From: Candidatus Omnitrophota bacterium | GTDB lineage: Bacteria > Omnitrophota > Gorgyraeia > DAOVKU01 | Assembly: GCA_030631665.1 (NCBI GenBank) | Contig: DAOVKU010000001.1 | Span: 1-49,841 of the forward strand | Reading direction: 5' to 3' | Length of the DNA stretch: 49,841 nt | Shown here: positions 35,291 to 44,834 of the stretch, one piece after another | How the letters are laid out: each line of letters opens with the position of its first letter | Numbering within the stretch: the first letter of the stretch is position 1 | Program-made: the position numbers and the translations under genes | The notes under the pieces: generated by a model | Database searches by the model: none | What the model saw: only the letters and a program-made list of their open reading frames with translations | Told to the model about the DNA's origin: nothing

Positions 35291-37146
35291 AATCTGTGCC
35301 TCTCCAGAAAACGTAAAATTTCTTCCATGTTTTTGAAGGTTACTTCCATCTGGCTCCTGCCAAATTCTGAAGGCGCATATCTTGCCATATCGCAATCTTT
35401 AAAAATATCTTTTAACTTACTAAGGGTATCTTCATCTATCCCTCTGGGTTTAAGGATTTTATCAACGACATCTATGGTTATCCCTCCTGCAGGTAGATGA
35501 AGCTTATCTCCTAAATACTCCTGTAGGGTTTTAAATATGGCATCATAAAATTCCAGCCTTTTCTTTTTATTTAGAAACTGCTGCGCTTTCTTAATGCCCT
35601 CTCTTGCCTTTTTGGAAGCATAGAGGCGGCGGGCATATCGAGTATCCGTTTTGAGCCTTTCACTTCTTTTATATATAGTCAATACAGAAATAAGAAATAA
35701 AAAGGGGAGTAGTTGAAGTAATAAAAATCCTCTGTTTTTATAAAGATAAAGACCTTTTCTTTTTATTTTTCCCGGCAATTCTTTAATATAAACAATGTCC
35801 TTACCGAGTATTTCATCCGCCGGAAAACTTATGCGCTTCTCAAGACTTTCTACTATTTTGGCTTTTTCTTCCTTTTTCCGTTTTGTCACTTTTATTGGTA
35901 GTGGTCCTCGCGATATAGTCTGATATGTTCCTCTCATAGGATCGAAAAAAGTAAAATGAGTTCTGGGGATTTCTTTTACTTCTTCGGTTTTTGGTATCAA
36001 GATTTGTTCAAAGGTTTTTTTATTACCTTTAAATGTTACCTGTGGTTCGTATGTCTTAAAATTTTCATGCAAATCAGGCGCTGGGCACCTCATAACATCA
36101 AAGTTGCCTCTACCGGTTACAATCATTTTAAGTGTCATAGGATCTCCGACTTCTACGGTCTTGGGATCTATCAAAAGATTAAAATTGAAATTTCCAACCG
36201 CCCCGCTAAAATTTTCCGGCCGGCCTTCTTTTGGCAAAGGAAGTACCGTCACAAAAACTTCTTTAGATTTTAATTCCAGCGGATAAGTTTCGTATTTTCC
36301 GAAGAAATCATCAAAGGCATCTCCCCCAAAAAAATCATCAAAAATACTCGATTTTCTAGTGGCCCTTTGCTTCCTGATAATAAGATTACACCCCAGCTCC
36401 GACGGGCCCAAAGTAAGTTCGCCGGGCTTTATAGCAAAAATATGCGTTCTAAACTCCACCACATCGTATGGAATGCCGTTTAAACCTTGCGTATATTGCC
36501 TTGGTTTTTCAAATTCACCTACAGAAAATCCTTCGTGTGCAAATTTAGGATATTGAATCTCTTTCAATGAAAGCCTGTTTACATACAATTTTATAGTTAG
36601 CGGGACAACTTCATTTAAATATAATTTTTCCTTTTCAATTTCCACAACCACAAAAATTCTGTTTCCTAAATTCATCTTCATTTTGCCAGGTGCCACTTGT
36701 GGCTGCTTTTCTTCCGCAAGGGGCCCCCGCACCACTTCAACCGTTATTTTTCCTGAGGTATATGTTTTCCCTTTATAACTGACTGAAAAAGGTCCGAGAG
36801 GCAAAATTCCCGGCTTAAGCGGGGTAATCATATAATTATAAGTTATTGACCTTGTGGTTTTGCCGTTTACAATCGACATCATCGCTGAAGGACCGACATA
36901 ACGAACTCTAACATTCTTCATCTGAGGCAACTCCGGCTTGGGGGCATCCTGCGTATTATGAAAAATAAGGCTGAGCTTAATGCTTTCGCCAAAAGAGATT
37001 TTATTTTTATCGACCGCAGTCTCAAATATTATATCCGAAGCTGTACAAACCGAATTAAAAATCCAAAATTCAAATATCAAAATGATAATGAAAAAAATGA
37101 AATTTTTAAAAATTTTATTTTTTAATTTTTGCACTTTTATTACCAA
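35287..37146 (-). CDS. batD: BatD-like oxygen-tolerance protein
   Basis: 619 aa. It has a signal peptide, a large beta-rich periplasmic region, a TM helix near residue 480 and a C-terminal helical cytoplasmic domain. Its position follows BatC. The start is uncertain: TTG at 37146 or GTG at 37134. Confidence 0.7.
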   Translation of the reverse strand: MVIKVQKLKNKIFKNFIFFIIILIFEFWIFNSVCTASDIIFETAVDKNKISFGESIKLSLIFHNTQDAPKPELPQMKNVRVRYVGPSAMMSIVNGKTTRSITYNYMITPLKPGILPLGPFSVSYKGKTYTSGKITVEVVRGPLAEEKQPQVAPGKMKMNLGNRIFVVVEIEKEKLYLNEVVPLTIKLYVNRLSLKEIQYPKFAHEGFSVGEFEKPRQYTQGLNGIPYDVVEFRTHIFAIKPGELTLGPSELGCNLIIRKQRATRKSSIFDDFFGGDAFDDFFGKYETYPLELKSKEVFVTVLPLPKEGRPENFSGAVGNFNFNLLIDPKTVEVGDPMTLKMIVTGRGNFDVMRCPAPDLHENFKTYEPQVTFKGNKKTFEQILIPKTEEVKEIPRTHFTFFDPMRGTYQTISRGPLPIKVTKRKKEEKAKIVESLEKRISFPADEILGKDIVYIKELPGKIKRKGLYLYKNRGFLLLQLLPFLFLISVLTIYKRSERLKTDTRYARRLYASKKAREGIKKAQQFLNKKKRLEFYDAIFKTLQEYLGDKLHLPAGGITIDVVDKILKPRGIDEDTLSKLKDIFKDCDMARYAPSEFGRSQMEVTFKNMEEILRFLERHRL

Positions 37147-38027
37147 TCCCTTAATACCTTTGGATAATGAGCTTTCCTTTTTTTGGCTTCGATGTCCCCT
37201 GCCTCTTCTTCCTGCTGATAACTTTCTAACAACATCCTTGCTTCTTCTTCAGACATCTCTCCCAATTCTGCCGGTATCTCTTCGGCCTCTCCTTCTCTCC
37301 CAGGCTCCTCTTCTTTGCCTTGCGGAACTTGCCCGGGAGAAGGTTGTGGTTTTTCCTTTTCCTTCTGTTCCTGTTCTTTTTGTTTTTGCTCTTTTTCTTC
37401 TTGCTTCTGCTTTTCTTTTTCTTTTGGGTCCTCTTGCTGTTCTTTTTTTTGTTTTTCCTCTTCCTGTTTTTGTTTCTCTTTATCCTGTTTCTCTGATTGC
37501 TGTTGTTGTTGCTCTTTTTGTTGTTGTTGCTGCTGTTGTTGCTTTTCCATAAGTTCTTTTATTTTCTTTTCTACAAATTCATAATTAAACTTTGCATCTT
37601 CATCCTTTTCATCTAAATCTACGGCTCTTTTATAATAATTAAGCGCCTCTTTATATAAATTAATAGCCTCGGACAAATCCGTATTTTCCTTGGCTGATCC
37701 TTGCCTAACCCTGGAACTGCCTATATTGTAATTTGCCCTTGCTTCCAATTGAGAATCTTTTGTAATCAAAGACTTTGTAAGCAAATCTACGGCCTTCTGG
37801 TAATCTCCTTTTTTATATAGGGTTGTTCCTACATTAAAATTTACTATGTTGGAATCAGGTGATTCGACTTGTGCTTCATTGTACTTCCGGATAGCCTCAT
37901 CGTATTTTTCATCTTTATACAACCGGTTGCCTTCTTTTACATCTTTGGCAATTGAAGCCGCCAAACTTAAAGGTATTTCATAAAATAAAGCTGCTACAAA
38001 AATTATTATACACAAAATTCTTCTCAT
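37140..38027 (-). CDS. batC: BatC-like TPR protein with long Q/E/K low-complexity tail
   Basis: 295 aa. Has a signal peptide and TPR repeats (GNRLYKDEKYDEAIRKYNEA...). These are followed by QQQQQQQQKEQQQQQSEKQDKEKQKQEEEKQKK.... Confidence 0.7.
   Translation of the reverse strand: MRRILCIIIFVAALFYEIPLSLAASIAKDVKEGNRLYKDEKYDEAIRKYNEAQVESPDSNIVNFNVGTTLYKKGDYQKAVDLLTKSLITKDSQLEARANYNIGSSRVRQGSAKENTDLSEAINLYKEALNYYKRAVDLDEKDEDAKFNYEFVEKKIKELMEKQQQQQQQQKEQQQQQSEKQDKEKQKQEEEKQKKEQQEDPKEKEKQKQEEKEQKQKEQEQKEKEKPQPSPGQVPQGKEEEPGREGEAEEIPAELGEMSEEEARMLLESYQQEEEAGDIEAKKRKAHYPKVLRDW
37330..37550 (-). repeat. low-complexity coding repeats (CAA/CAG/GAA/AAA-rich) within batC
   Basis: The plus strand reads as runs of ttgttgttgctg and ctttttcttttg units. 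These encode poly-Q and EKQK repeats and also create spurious antisense ORFs. Confidence 0.8.
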
Positions 38028-39031
38028 CTCAATCTTAATCTTCCGCTTATAAAAGGCTCAACAATTAAGAGCAGGAGGGCCACGCCCAAAAAAATCTGAA
38101 ATCTTTCTTCATAGTGCTTTCTTATCTTGCTTTCAAATTCTCTTTTTTCCATTTTAGAAAGTCTCTCCCTGTAAATCAAATCCAAGCCAAATTCTGTGCC
38201 GGTCGCCCTTACATAACTTCCACCGGTAATCATGGCTATTTGTTCCAGGGTCTCTTCGTCCAGTCGTGTTTTTACCACTTTTCCTTCTTTATTTTTCAAG
38301 AATAAGCGACGTGAATGCCTACCGCTGCTAACAGGTATAAGCTCTCCCTCTTTAGTTCCTATACCTATGCAGAATATCTTAATGTCCTCTTTCTTGGCCG
38401 CTTCTGCTGCTTTAATTGGATCTCCCTCAAGGTTTTCGCCGTCGGTTATAAGCACCAAAGTTTTGTATTTACTGGGATTATCTTTATAAGTCTTTATAGC
38501 TTCGGCGACAGCACTCGATATACAGGTTCCGCCTCTGGGTATAATATCCACATCAAGCCTATTCAAGGAAAGCATAAAACCATTATAATCAACAGTCAAA
38601 GGGCACTGGAGAAAAGCCGTTCCCGAAAAGGCTATTAGTCCAATTCTATCTCCCTTAAGTTTTCTTACCAAATCCTTAACTGCCAGCTTTGAACGTTCCA
38701 ACCTATTAGGTTTTACATCTTCGGCAAGCATGCTCTTTGATGTATCTATAGCAATCAATATATCAATGCCCCTTTTCTTTACTTCTTCCCACTCAAAGCC
38801 CCATTGGGGCATTATTAAAGAAAAAAGGCACAAAAGAACCGCCATAAAAACCAAAACTACTTTTAATTTCTCAGCTCTTCTGTCCACAGAAGGTGTTAAT
38901 TCAGCTAAAAGTTCTTTCTTGGCAAAGGCCTCCAAATCTCTTTTTCTTCTGGCAAAAGACCAGAGATAGAAAATAAAAAGGCCTGCCAATAGCCAGAGTA
39001 AATATGCTGCCTTGATATTGCCAAATCTCAC
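38024..39031 (-). CDS. batB: BatB-like von Willebrand factor A domain membrane protein
   Basis: 335 aa. Has two N-terminal TM helices, a VWA MIDAS motif (DTSKSM) and a C-terminal TM helix. It shares a 4-nt overlap with batC. Confidence 0.8.
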   Translation of the reverse strand: MRFGNIKAAYLLWLLAGLFIFYLWSFARRKRDLEAFAKKELLAELTPSVDRRAEKLKVVLVFMAVLLCLFSLIMPQWGFEWEEVKKRGIDILIAIDTSKSMLAEDVKPNRLERSKLAVKDLVRKLKGDRIGLIAFSGTAFLQCPLTVDYNGFMLSLNRLDVDIIPRGGTCISSAVAEAIKTYKDNPSKYKTLVLITDGENLEGDPIKAAEAAKKEDIKIFCIGIGTKEGELIPVSSGRHSRRLFLKNKEGKVVKTRLDEETLEQIAMITGGSYVRATGTEFGLDLIYRERLSKMEKREFESKIRKHYEERFQIFLGVALLLLIVEPFISGRLRLR

Positions 39032-39067
39032 CCTACCAATCCCCCATTTAATTGCATCATAAGATTT

Positions 39068-40063
39068 CTATGGAATCTTTTTTAAAATAGTGCCTCTTAA
39101 AATAATTTCCAGGAACAACAAGGCCAAGCCCGGAATTAAAAATATATAAAATAATTCTTTATATTCTAAATATCCTTTTTCCTCTATAAAAGTTTTTTCC
39201 ATTTTATCTATTTCCGCATAAATTTTTCGTAAAGATTTTGTATCGGTAGCCCTAAAATACTTGGCATCAGTCATAGAAGCTATTTTTCTCAATGTTTCTT
39301 CATCAATCTCTATCTCTATGGGCTTATAAACAGTATTACCAAAAGGACCCACTGTAGGAAATGGTACTTTGCCCTTTGTGCCGGCACCTATGGTATAAAT
39401 TTTTACTCTTAAAGCCCGGGCCGCTTCCGCTGCCGTTAAAGGAGAAATTCTGCCGCAGTTATTTATGCCATCGGTAAGAAGAATTATAACTTTTTCCTTG
39501 GCCTTAACATCTTTAAGCCTGTTTAAAGCACAACTTATCCCCAAACCTATAGCTGTGCCGTCTCCAACCATTCCGATTTTAACCCTTTCTAAGTTTTTTA
39601 ATAACCATCCATAATCAAGAGTAAGTGGACATACTGTATATGCCCTGGAGGCAAAAACAATCATTCCAATTCTATCATTTTTTCTGGCTTCTATAAAATC
39701 TTCAACTACGTTCTTTACAGCCGCCAATCTGTTAACCCTCTTTAAGCCGATGGTAAAATCTTCCGCAAGCATACTACCGGATACGTCTATAGCCAGAACA
39801 ATATCTACGCCTTCGGTCTGCACTCTGGTTTCTTCCAACGGCGACTGTGGCCTGCAAAATGCCAGTATTATCAAAACCACCGCCAGCGCTCTTAGGAAAA
39901 TAATATTCCTGCTCAATCGCAACTTAAAAGAATTTCTAAATCCTTTTAAAAACTCACCCCAGGAAAATCTTATAGTTGGACCCTTACTTCTAACTTTGGC
40001 ATAAAACAAGAAGCTAAGCGCAATTGGTATCAGTATTAAAAACCAATAGTTTTGAAAAATCAT
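39068..40063 (-). CDS. batA: BatA-like von Willebrand factor A domain membrane protein
   Basis: 331 aa. Has N-terminal TM helices, a VWA MIDAS motif (DVSGSM) and a C-terminal TM helix. Confidence 0.8.
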   Translation of the reverse strand: MIFQNYWFLILIPIALSFLFYAKVRSKGPTIRFSWGEFLKGFRNSFKLRLSRNIIFLRALAVVLIILAFCRPQSPLEETRVQTEGVDIVLAIDVSGSMLAEDFTIGLKRVNRLAAVKNVVEDFIEARKNDRIGMIVFASRAYTVCPLTLDYGWLLKNLERVKIGMVGDGTAIGLGISCALNRLKDVKAKEKVIILLTDGINNCGRISPLTAAEAARALRVKIYTIGAGTKGKVPFPTVGPFGNTVYKPIEIEIDEETLRKIASMTDAKYFRATDTKSLRKIYAEIDKMEKTFIEEKGYLEYKELFYIFLIPGLALLFLEIILRGTILKKIP

Positions 40064-41076
40064 TTTACAATCTTGCCTGCCGCCATAGGCCCCCGGCCAG
40101 GTTTTAGTTTTGGCTCTCCAGCTAATTTTTCATCTTTAGCTGTTTCTTTGGTCTGGTCTATTAACTTTTTTGCCGATTCAAAACTTGAATCCATTTCTTT
40201 TTGTGGCGGTTTATATCTTGCGAATTTCACCATGTCGCAATGCAACAAAAAATCCCTCAAAAGATTTTTTTGTTCGCGGGAAAGAACATCAGAATCTTTT
40301 ATATCTGTTAAAAACTCCTCTGTGGTCATCTCAGGCGCTCTTACTTCAAACCTATCCTCTAAATAGTGCCTTGCTATATCAGAAAGCTCAATATAAAATT
40401 CTTTGACTTTGCCAAGTTTTATAAGGCCCTTTTCTTTAAGTTTCTTAAGTGCCTCGTAGGCTATCTCGGAAGGAAGTTTAAAAGGGAGCATTTCATCTAA
40501 ATCTCGCTTGTTTTTTATCAAAATTGCTCTTACTAAAATTATAAACAATAAAAAAATTAAAATTCCTAAAATTATATAATGGGTTATCCTTTGCGGGAAA
40601 CCAACCGGTCCTTTAATGCCTCGTATATCAGAGATATTGGCAGCTCCCTCTAAAACGCTCTTAACTTCTATCTCGACAGGATTGGTTTCTATCTCTTGCC
40701 ATTCTTGCTGATCTTTTTGCTTATACCTTAAAATAGCAGCTGGGATGGTATGTTGCCCCACCACATATATATCCAGCACATACCACTGCACCAATCTTTT
40801 TTTACCAAAAAACCCTCTTTCCAAAAAACCAAAATCTCTAATACTAAAATCGCCCAGCTTTTTGACAAAGAAAGGAAATTTTACTTCTGTGTTTTTCCCG
40901 GTCTTTGCCTTAATAGAATATTTTATTTTATCCCCGATAGCTATAGAAGTTTTGTCGGCTTCAGCTATGACAGTTATGGGCGGGTTTTTGCTCGTTGTAT
41001 CCTCTGCGACGGCAAAGCTGTTAGCTGCTACTAAAAAAAATAGTATAAAAATGAAAGTTCTAATTATTTTATGCAT
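40060..41076 (-). CDS. Bat-operon membrane protein: BatD-like N-terminal periplasmic domain plus DUF4381-like C-terminal domain
   Basis: 338 aa. It has a signal peptide, a beta-rich domain, a central TM helix (YIILGILIFLLFIILV) and a cytoplasmic helical segment (FYIELSDIARHYLEDRFEVRAPEMTTEEFL). It occupies the usual position between DUF58 and BatA. Confidence 0.6.
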   Translation of the reverse strand: MHKIIRTFIFILFFLVAANSFAVAEDTTSKNPPITVIAEADKTSIAIGDKIKYSIKAKTGKNTEVKFPFFVKKLGDFSIRDFGFLERGFFGKKRLVQWYVLDIYVVGQHTIPAAILRYKQKDQQEWQEIETNPVEIEVKSVLEGAANISDIRGIKGPVGFPQRITHYIILGILIFLLFIILVRAILIKNKRDLDEMLPFKLPSEIAYEALKKLKEKGLIKLGKVKEFYIELSDIARHYLEDRFEVRAPEMTTEEFLTDIKDSDVLSREQKNLLRDFLLHCDMVKFARYKPPQKEMDSSFESAKKLIDQTKETAKDEKLAGEPKLKPGRGPMAAGKIVK

Positions 41077-41091
41077 AGTTTCAATTAACTT

Positions 41092-41970
41092 CTAGCGTCT
41101 TTTTCTTTCTCTCATTTTGAAAAATCTAAGCAGGGTTTCGGCATAAGGAACATCCGTGTGAATATCTATACTGTCAACATTTATAGAGCGAAATAATCTT
41201 TTCCTTTCCTCAAGTTTCTTAAGAGACTGACTATGATAATCTTTCCTTAATCTCGAATTGGAAGTATCCAGGAAAAAATTTTCTTCTGTTTCAGGATCAC
41301 TGAGTTTAACTATTCCGATATCAGGCAGATTAATCTCTCTGGGGTCTGTTATGGTTATGGCTATAATATCGTGGCGTTTATTGGCAATGGAAAGAGATTT
41401 TTTGAAATCGGCTGCATAAAAGTCCGATATGATAAAAGTAACTGTTCTTCGAGTGGTAATTCTATTTAAATATTCTATGGCCAAGGGAATATCCGTGCCC
41501 TTTCCTTCCGGCTCAAAATAGAGCGCTTCCCTGATAACTCTCAAGACATGACTGATGCCCTTTCGAGGAGGAACAAATTTCTCTATTCTATCGGTGAAAG
41601 CTATAAATCCTACTTTATCGTTATTCTTAATGGCTGAAAACGCCAGGACCGAACACAATTCTGCGGCCAGCTGGCTTTTTAATTTATCCACGCTTCCGAA
41701 GTAGAAAGATTGAGACATGTCCAGAATAAGCATAACTGTCAGTTCTCTTTCTTCCACGAATTTTTTTATATAAGGATCTCCTGTACGGGCAGTGACGTTC
41801 CAGTCTATGGAACGGATATCATCCCCCGGCTGATACTCTCTGACTTCTTCAAATTCCATGCCCTTGCCTTTAAAAATACTCTGATATTGACCGGCAAAGA
41901 CGTCAGTAACCAGGCGAGTGGTAGTAATTTGTATCCTGCGAATTTTATTTACTATCTCTCTCGGTATCAT
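41092..41970 (-). CDS. DUF58 (VWA-like) protein, MoxR partner
   Basis: 292 aa. Has the hallmark FEEVREYQPGDDIRSIDWNVTAR motif and lies immediately downstream of moxR. Confidence 0.85.
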   Translation of the reverse strand: MIPREIVNKIRRIQITTTRLVTDVFAGQYQSIFKGKGMEFEEVREYQPGDDIRSIDWNVTARTGDPYIKKFVEERELTVMLILDMSQSFYFGSVDKLKSQLAAELCSVLAFSAIKNNDKVGFIAFTDRIEKFVPPRKGISHVLRVIREALYFEPEGKGTDIPLAIEYLNRITTRRTVTFIISDFYAADFKKSLSIANKRHDIIAITITDPREINLPDIGIVKLSDPETEENFFLDTSNSRLRKDYHSQSLKKLEERKRLFRSINVDSIDIHTDVPYAETLLRFFKMRERKRR

Positions 41971-42050
41971 TGATTATTGGTTGCTCCAACCCCACGCCTT
42001 GCGGCAGCCATAGGGCAACTGTTAATTCCTGGACATCTATGGCAGGACTG

Positions 42051-43046
42051 TTATGGTACCTCTATTTCTTCAAATATCCTTTTAATAATATCATCCGATG
42101 TCTTTTCTTCGGCCTCTGCTTCATAGCTTACAATAATCCTGTGCCTTAGAATATCCGGGCCTATTAATTTGACATCCTGCGGTGTAACATAACCCCTGCC
42201 CTGAATAAAAGCATAGGCTTTTGAGGCTACGGTTAAATATATGCTGGCACGCGGCGATGCTCCATACTGAATAAGGCCTTTTAAGTCATCTAATTTATAA
42301 CTTTCCGGTTCTCTGGTAGCAAAAATAATATCTAAAATATAGTTTTCTATTTTCTCATCCATATAAACTTCATCGATGGTACTTCTTGCTTTTATAATGG
42401 TTTGAGGCTCAACAACAGCATTTACTTTAATCTCCTTATTGGTAAAGCTCATTCTTTTAAGAATTTTGCGCTCTTCTTCCATGTTGGGATAGGTTATATT
42501 TATCTTGAGCATAAACCTGTCAATCTGGGCTTCCGGCAGGGGATAAGTTCCTTCCTGCTCTATGGGATTCTGTGTGGCCATAACCAAAAATGGATCATCC
42601 AGTTTAAAGGTATTCTCACCAATGGTAACCTGCCTTTCCTGCATGGATTCTAAGAGCGCGCTTTGAACTTTAGCCGGGGCCCGGTTTATTTCATCGGCCA
42701 GGATAATGTTGGCAAAAATGGGACCTTTTTTGGTGGTGAAATCCCCATCTTTCGGATTATAAACCAAGGTACCGATTAAATCTGCCGGCAATAAGTCCGG
42801 GGTAAATTGGATTCTTTGAAATTTAGTCTTTATGGTCTGCGCTAATACCCATATCGACATAGTCTTGGCAAGTCCGGGAACTCCCTCAACCAATAAATGT
42901 CCGTTAGCCAAAAGACCAATCAAAAGCCTGTCTATAAGATATTTCTGGCCAACTATAACTTTTTCAATTTCATTCACCAGAAGCGGCACAAATTGGCTTT
43001 CTTTTTTTACTTTTTCATTAATAGCTGTTATTCCTTTTTCAACCAT
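42051..43046 (-). CDS. moxR: MoxR-family AAA+ ATPase
   Basis: 331 aa. Has Walker A GVPGLAKT, Walker B ILADEINRA and the AAA_3 layout. SD is AGGAGG. Confidence 0.9.
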   Translation of the reverse strand: MVEKGITAINEKVKKESQFVPLLVNEIEKVIVGQKYLIDRLLIGLLANGHLLVEGVPGLAKTMSIWVLAQTIKTKFQRIQFTPDLLPADLIGTLVYNPKDGDFTTKKGPIFANIILADEINRAPAKVQSALLESMQERQVTIGENTFKLDDPFLVMATQNPIEQEGTYPLPEAQIDRFMLKINITYPNMEEERKILKRMSFTNKEIKVNAVVEPQTIIKARSTIDEVYMDEKIENYILDIIFATREPESYKLDDLKGLIQYGASPRASIYLTVASKAYAFIQGRGYVTPQDVKLIGPDILRHRIIVSYEAEAEEKTSDDIIKRIFEEIEVP

Positions 43047-43071
43047 ATTTCTGTCCTCCTTTAATGACGAT

Positions 43072-43160
43072 ATGATTTACGAAACAAAGTGCCCTGAGAA
43101 ATTCGAAGAATTTCCAGGATTAAGTCCCCGAAATCTTATAGATTTCAGGGGAAACGTAAA
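43072..43160 (-). repeat. ~88-nt multi-hairpin repeat family 3, copy Y (inverted)
   Basis: Its reverse complement tttacgtttcccctgaaatctataagatttcggggacttaatcctggaaattcttcgaatttctcagggcactttgtttcgtaaatc matches copy X with about 10 mismatches. It lies in the moxR 5' region. Confidence 0.8.
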
Positions 43161-43213
43161 TTATATGTCGGAATTAAATCCGTCTTAGGCGGATATACTT
43201 CTTTCATTTTCTT

Positions 43214-43624
43214 TCACTGTTTTTCAGTATTATCTTGTCGCGGAAATCCAAACTCAACACCCTGTAATATGGGAGGCATTTTATCTGGCGTCTCTTCTTC
43301 AACAGCGCCCGACTGTTGCTCTTCAAGTCCTTCATAAGAACTCTCGCCTTTGGTGGTTTTCCCGCCGGCCAGTTCATCTGTATATCCTATAGGCATCCCC
43401 AAGCGTCTTTTCCCTGTTATCGGACCTTCGCTCTTGACGGTGGAACACTCCATCTTGGTTATCGGACCTTCGCTCTTGACGGAAGGACCTTTTGTCTTAG
43501 TAGTTTGATCTTCGCTTTTGACGGGAGAAACTTCTGATGTAGAGGGCAACTCTTCTGCATAATTTAAACCACAAAACATAATCACTATAAAAATTACAGC
43601 CAATGCTATAAAATTCTTTATCAT
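43214..43624 (-). CDS. secreted small repeat protein, unknown function
   Basis: 136 aa. Has a signal peptide (MFCGLNYAEE) and 14-aa tandem repeats VKSEGPIT.... These are encoded by 42-nt DNA repeats at 43416-43440 and 43458-43482. Confidence 0.5.
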   Translation of the reverse strand: MIKNFIALAVIFIVIMFCGLNYAEELPSTSEVSPVKSEDQTTKTKGPSVKSEGPITKMECSTVKSEGPITGKRRLGMPIGYTDELAGGKTTKGESSYEGLEEQQSGAVEEETPDKMPPILQGVEFGFPRQDNTEKQ

Positions 43625-43911
43625 TTTCGCTTCCCCTTTTTTTTCTCGAATTCGGCATCTATAATATCTTCAAATTCAGCATCTACAATATCCTCAAACT
43701 TATCCATCTCCTGCTCAAACTCATCCATGACACCCTCAACATCAAATATATCTGCGCTCATATTTCCATGGTCCTCATTATCAATAACTTCGTCTTTATA
43801 TTTATGGCTATGCCTGCGCAAAAACTGCCCGAATGAAAAAACAGTCTTGAAGAATAAATAAAACAGCACATAAAAAACCAATAATGTAAATAAAGTATGT
43901 AATATTTTCAT
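43621..43911 (-). CDS. single-TM protein with highly acidic repetitive tail, unknown function
   Basis: 96 aa. Has an N-terminal TM helix, then a D/E-rich tail with duplicated DIVDAEFE/DIIDAEFE, and ends KKKGKRK. It shares a 4-nt overlap with the downstream ORF. Confidence 0.5.
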   Translation of the reverse strand: MKILHTLFTLLVFYVLFYLFFKTVFSFGQFLRRHSHKYKDEVIDNEDHGNMSADIFDVEGVMDEFEQEMDKFEDIVDAEFEDIIDAEFEKKKGKRK

Positions 43912-43960
43912 ATAATCTATTATATATTATAACAAAAATTTCCGTTTTGGAGAATTTTCC

Positions 43961-44776
43961 CTATTGTGCCATATCCTTTACGGAACGAATAACTAATGCA
44001 TAGCCGCCGACATTATAGCCCTTTATTTTAAGAGGAATCCTTTTTTTATCTGCGCTTAACCAGAACGTAAATTTCTCAGGAATGCTGGTAAAAACATAGG
44101 CAAGATGCTTTCCCAAACCGGTTCTAATAGTTTCTTTTCCCTTAAATATCATATCAAAATCAGCTGTAGGAAAAGTAATCTTAAACTCCTGATTTTCTGC
44201 CATAAGTGGTTTGGTGCGATAGTAATACGGCAGGAGTATGGCATTTTGAATAAGCGCATCTTTTTCTATGGTAATTCTTTTAGAAAAAGGGAGCCTTCCA
44301 CGTTTCTTTATTTTGACTTTAAATGCCTCCTGGTCATATTCCTCTGTTATTCTGGTACAAAAAGCACCCATGCGCCTGATACATCGAAGGACTTTAAAAG
44401 GAAGAAAAGTCTCTTTATCGGCATAAATATCTTCCGTATCTTCAAAACCGGGTAGTTTTGTAGAAAAAGTTATATAATAAACATCTTTGCCATCTATTTT
44501 TCTCTCGCCATGAAATATCAAAACAGATTCGCCAATTTTCACTTTTTTATAATAAATATCGTATATCAGCTCTTCGCCTTTGTGAAACGGCAAAGATATA
44601 CTATTCCTTCCTTCGCCTGTCGGACAAAAAACGCTTTGAACTTTTATTTCAGAAACCGCTTCTATCTCTTCTGCGCCCTCGCTCATCGAAGGATTAATAC
44701 AAAATAAAGATAAAATCGATAATAGAATTAAAAATTTTTTATCTTTTAAAAATATTATTCCAAGTCTTTGGTCCAT
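43961..44776 (-). CDS. secreted hypothetical protein (DUF3108-like by pattern, unverified)
   Basis: 271 aa. Has a signal peptide and a beta-rich body. The segment GEELIYDIYYKKVKIGESVLIFHG...DGKDVYYITF resembles the DUF3108 N-terminal pattern as I recall it. Confidence 0.45.
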   Translation of the reverse strand: MDQRLGIIFLKDKKFLILLSILSLFCINPSMSEGAEEIEAVSEIKVQSVFCPTGEGRNSISLPFHKGEELIYDIYYKKVKIGESVLIFHGERKIDGKDVYYITFSTKLPGFEDTEDIYADKETFLPFKVLRCIRRMGAFCTRITEEYDQEAFKVKIKKRGRLPFSKRITIEKDALIQNAILLPYYYRTKPLMAENQEFKITFPTADFDMIFKGKETIRTGLGKHLAYVFTSIPEKFTFWLSADKKRIPLKIKGYNVGGYALVIRSVKDMAQ

Positions 44777-44834
44777 ATATCTACTCTTATTATAGTTAAA
44801 TAAAAACGTTTAAGAATTTTTAAACTTTACTCTA

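Noticed and set aside
35291-35395. N-terminal 35-aa extension of the BatE-like ORF
   Set aside because: It would overlap batD by 109 nt. The ATG at 35290 forms the ATGA stop/start overlap seen at several other junctions in this window.
36980-37584. 190-aa and 89-aa plus-strand ORFs with Cys/Phe/Ser- or Leu/Phe-rich repeats
   Set aside because: They are antisense to the BatC/BatD genes. They arise from the low-complexity Q/E/K-coding repeats and have no start context.
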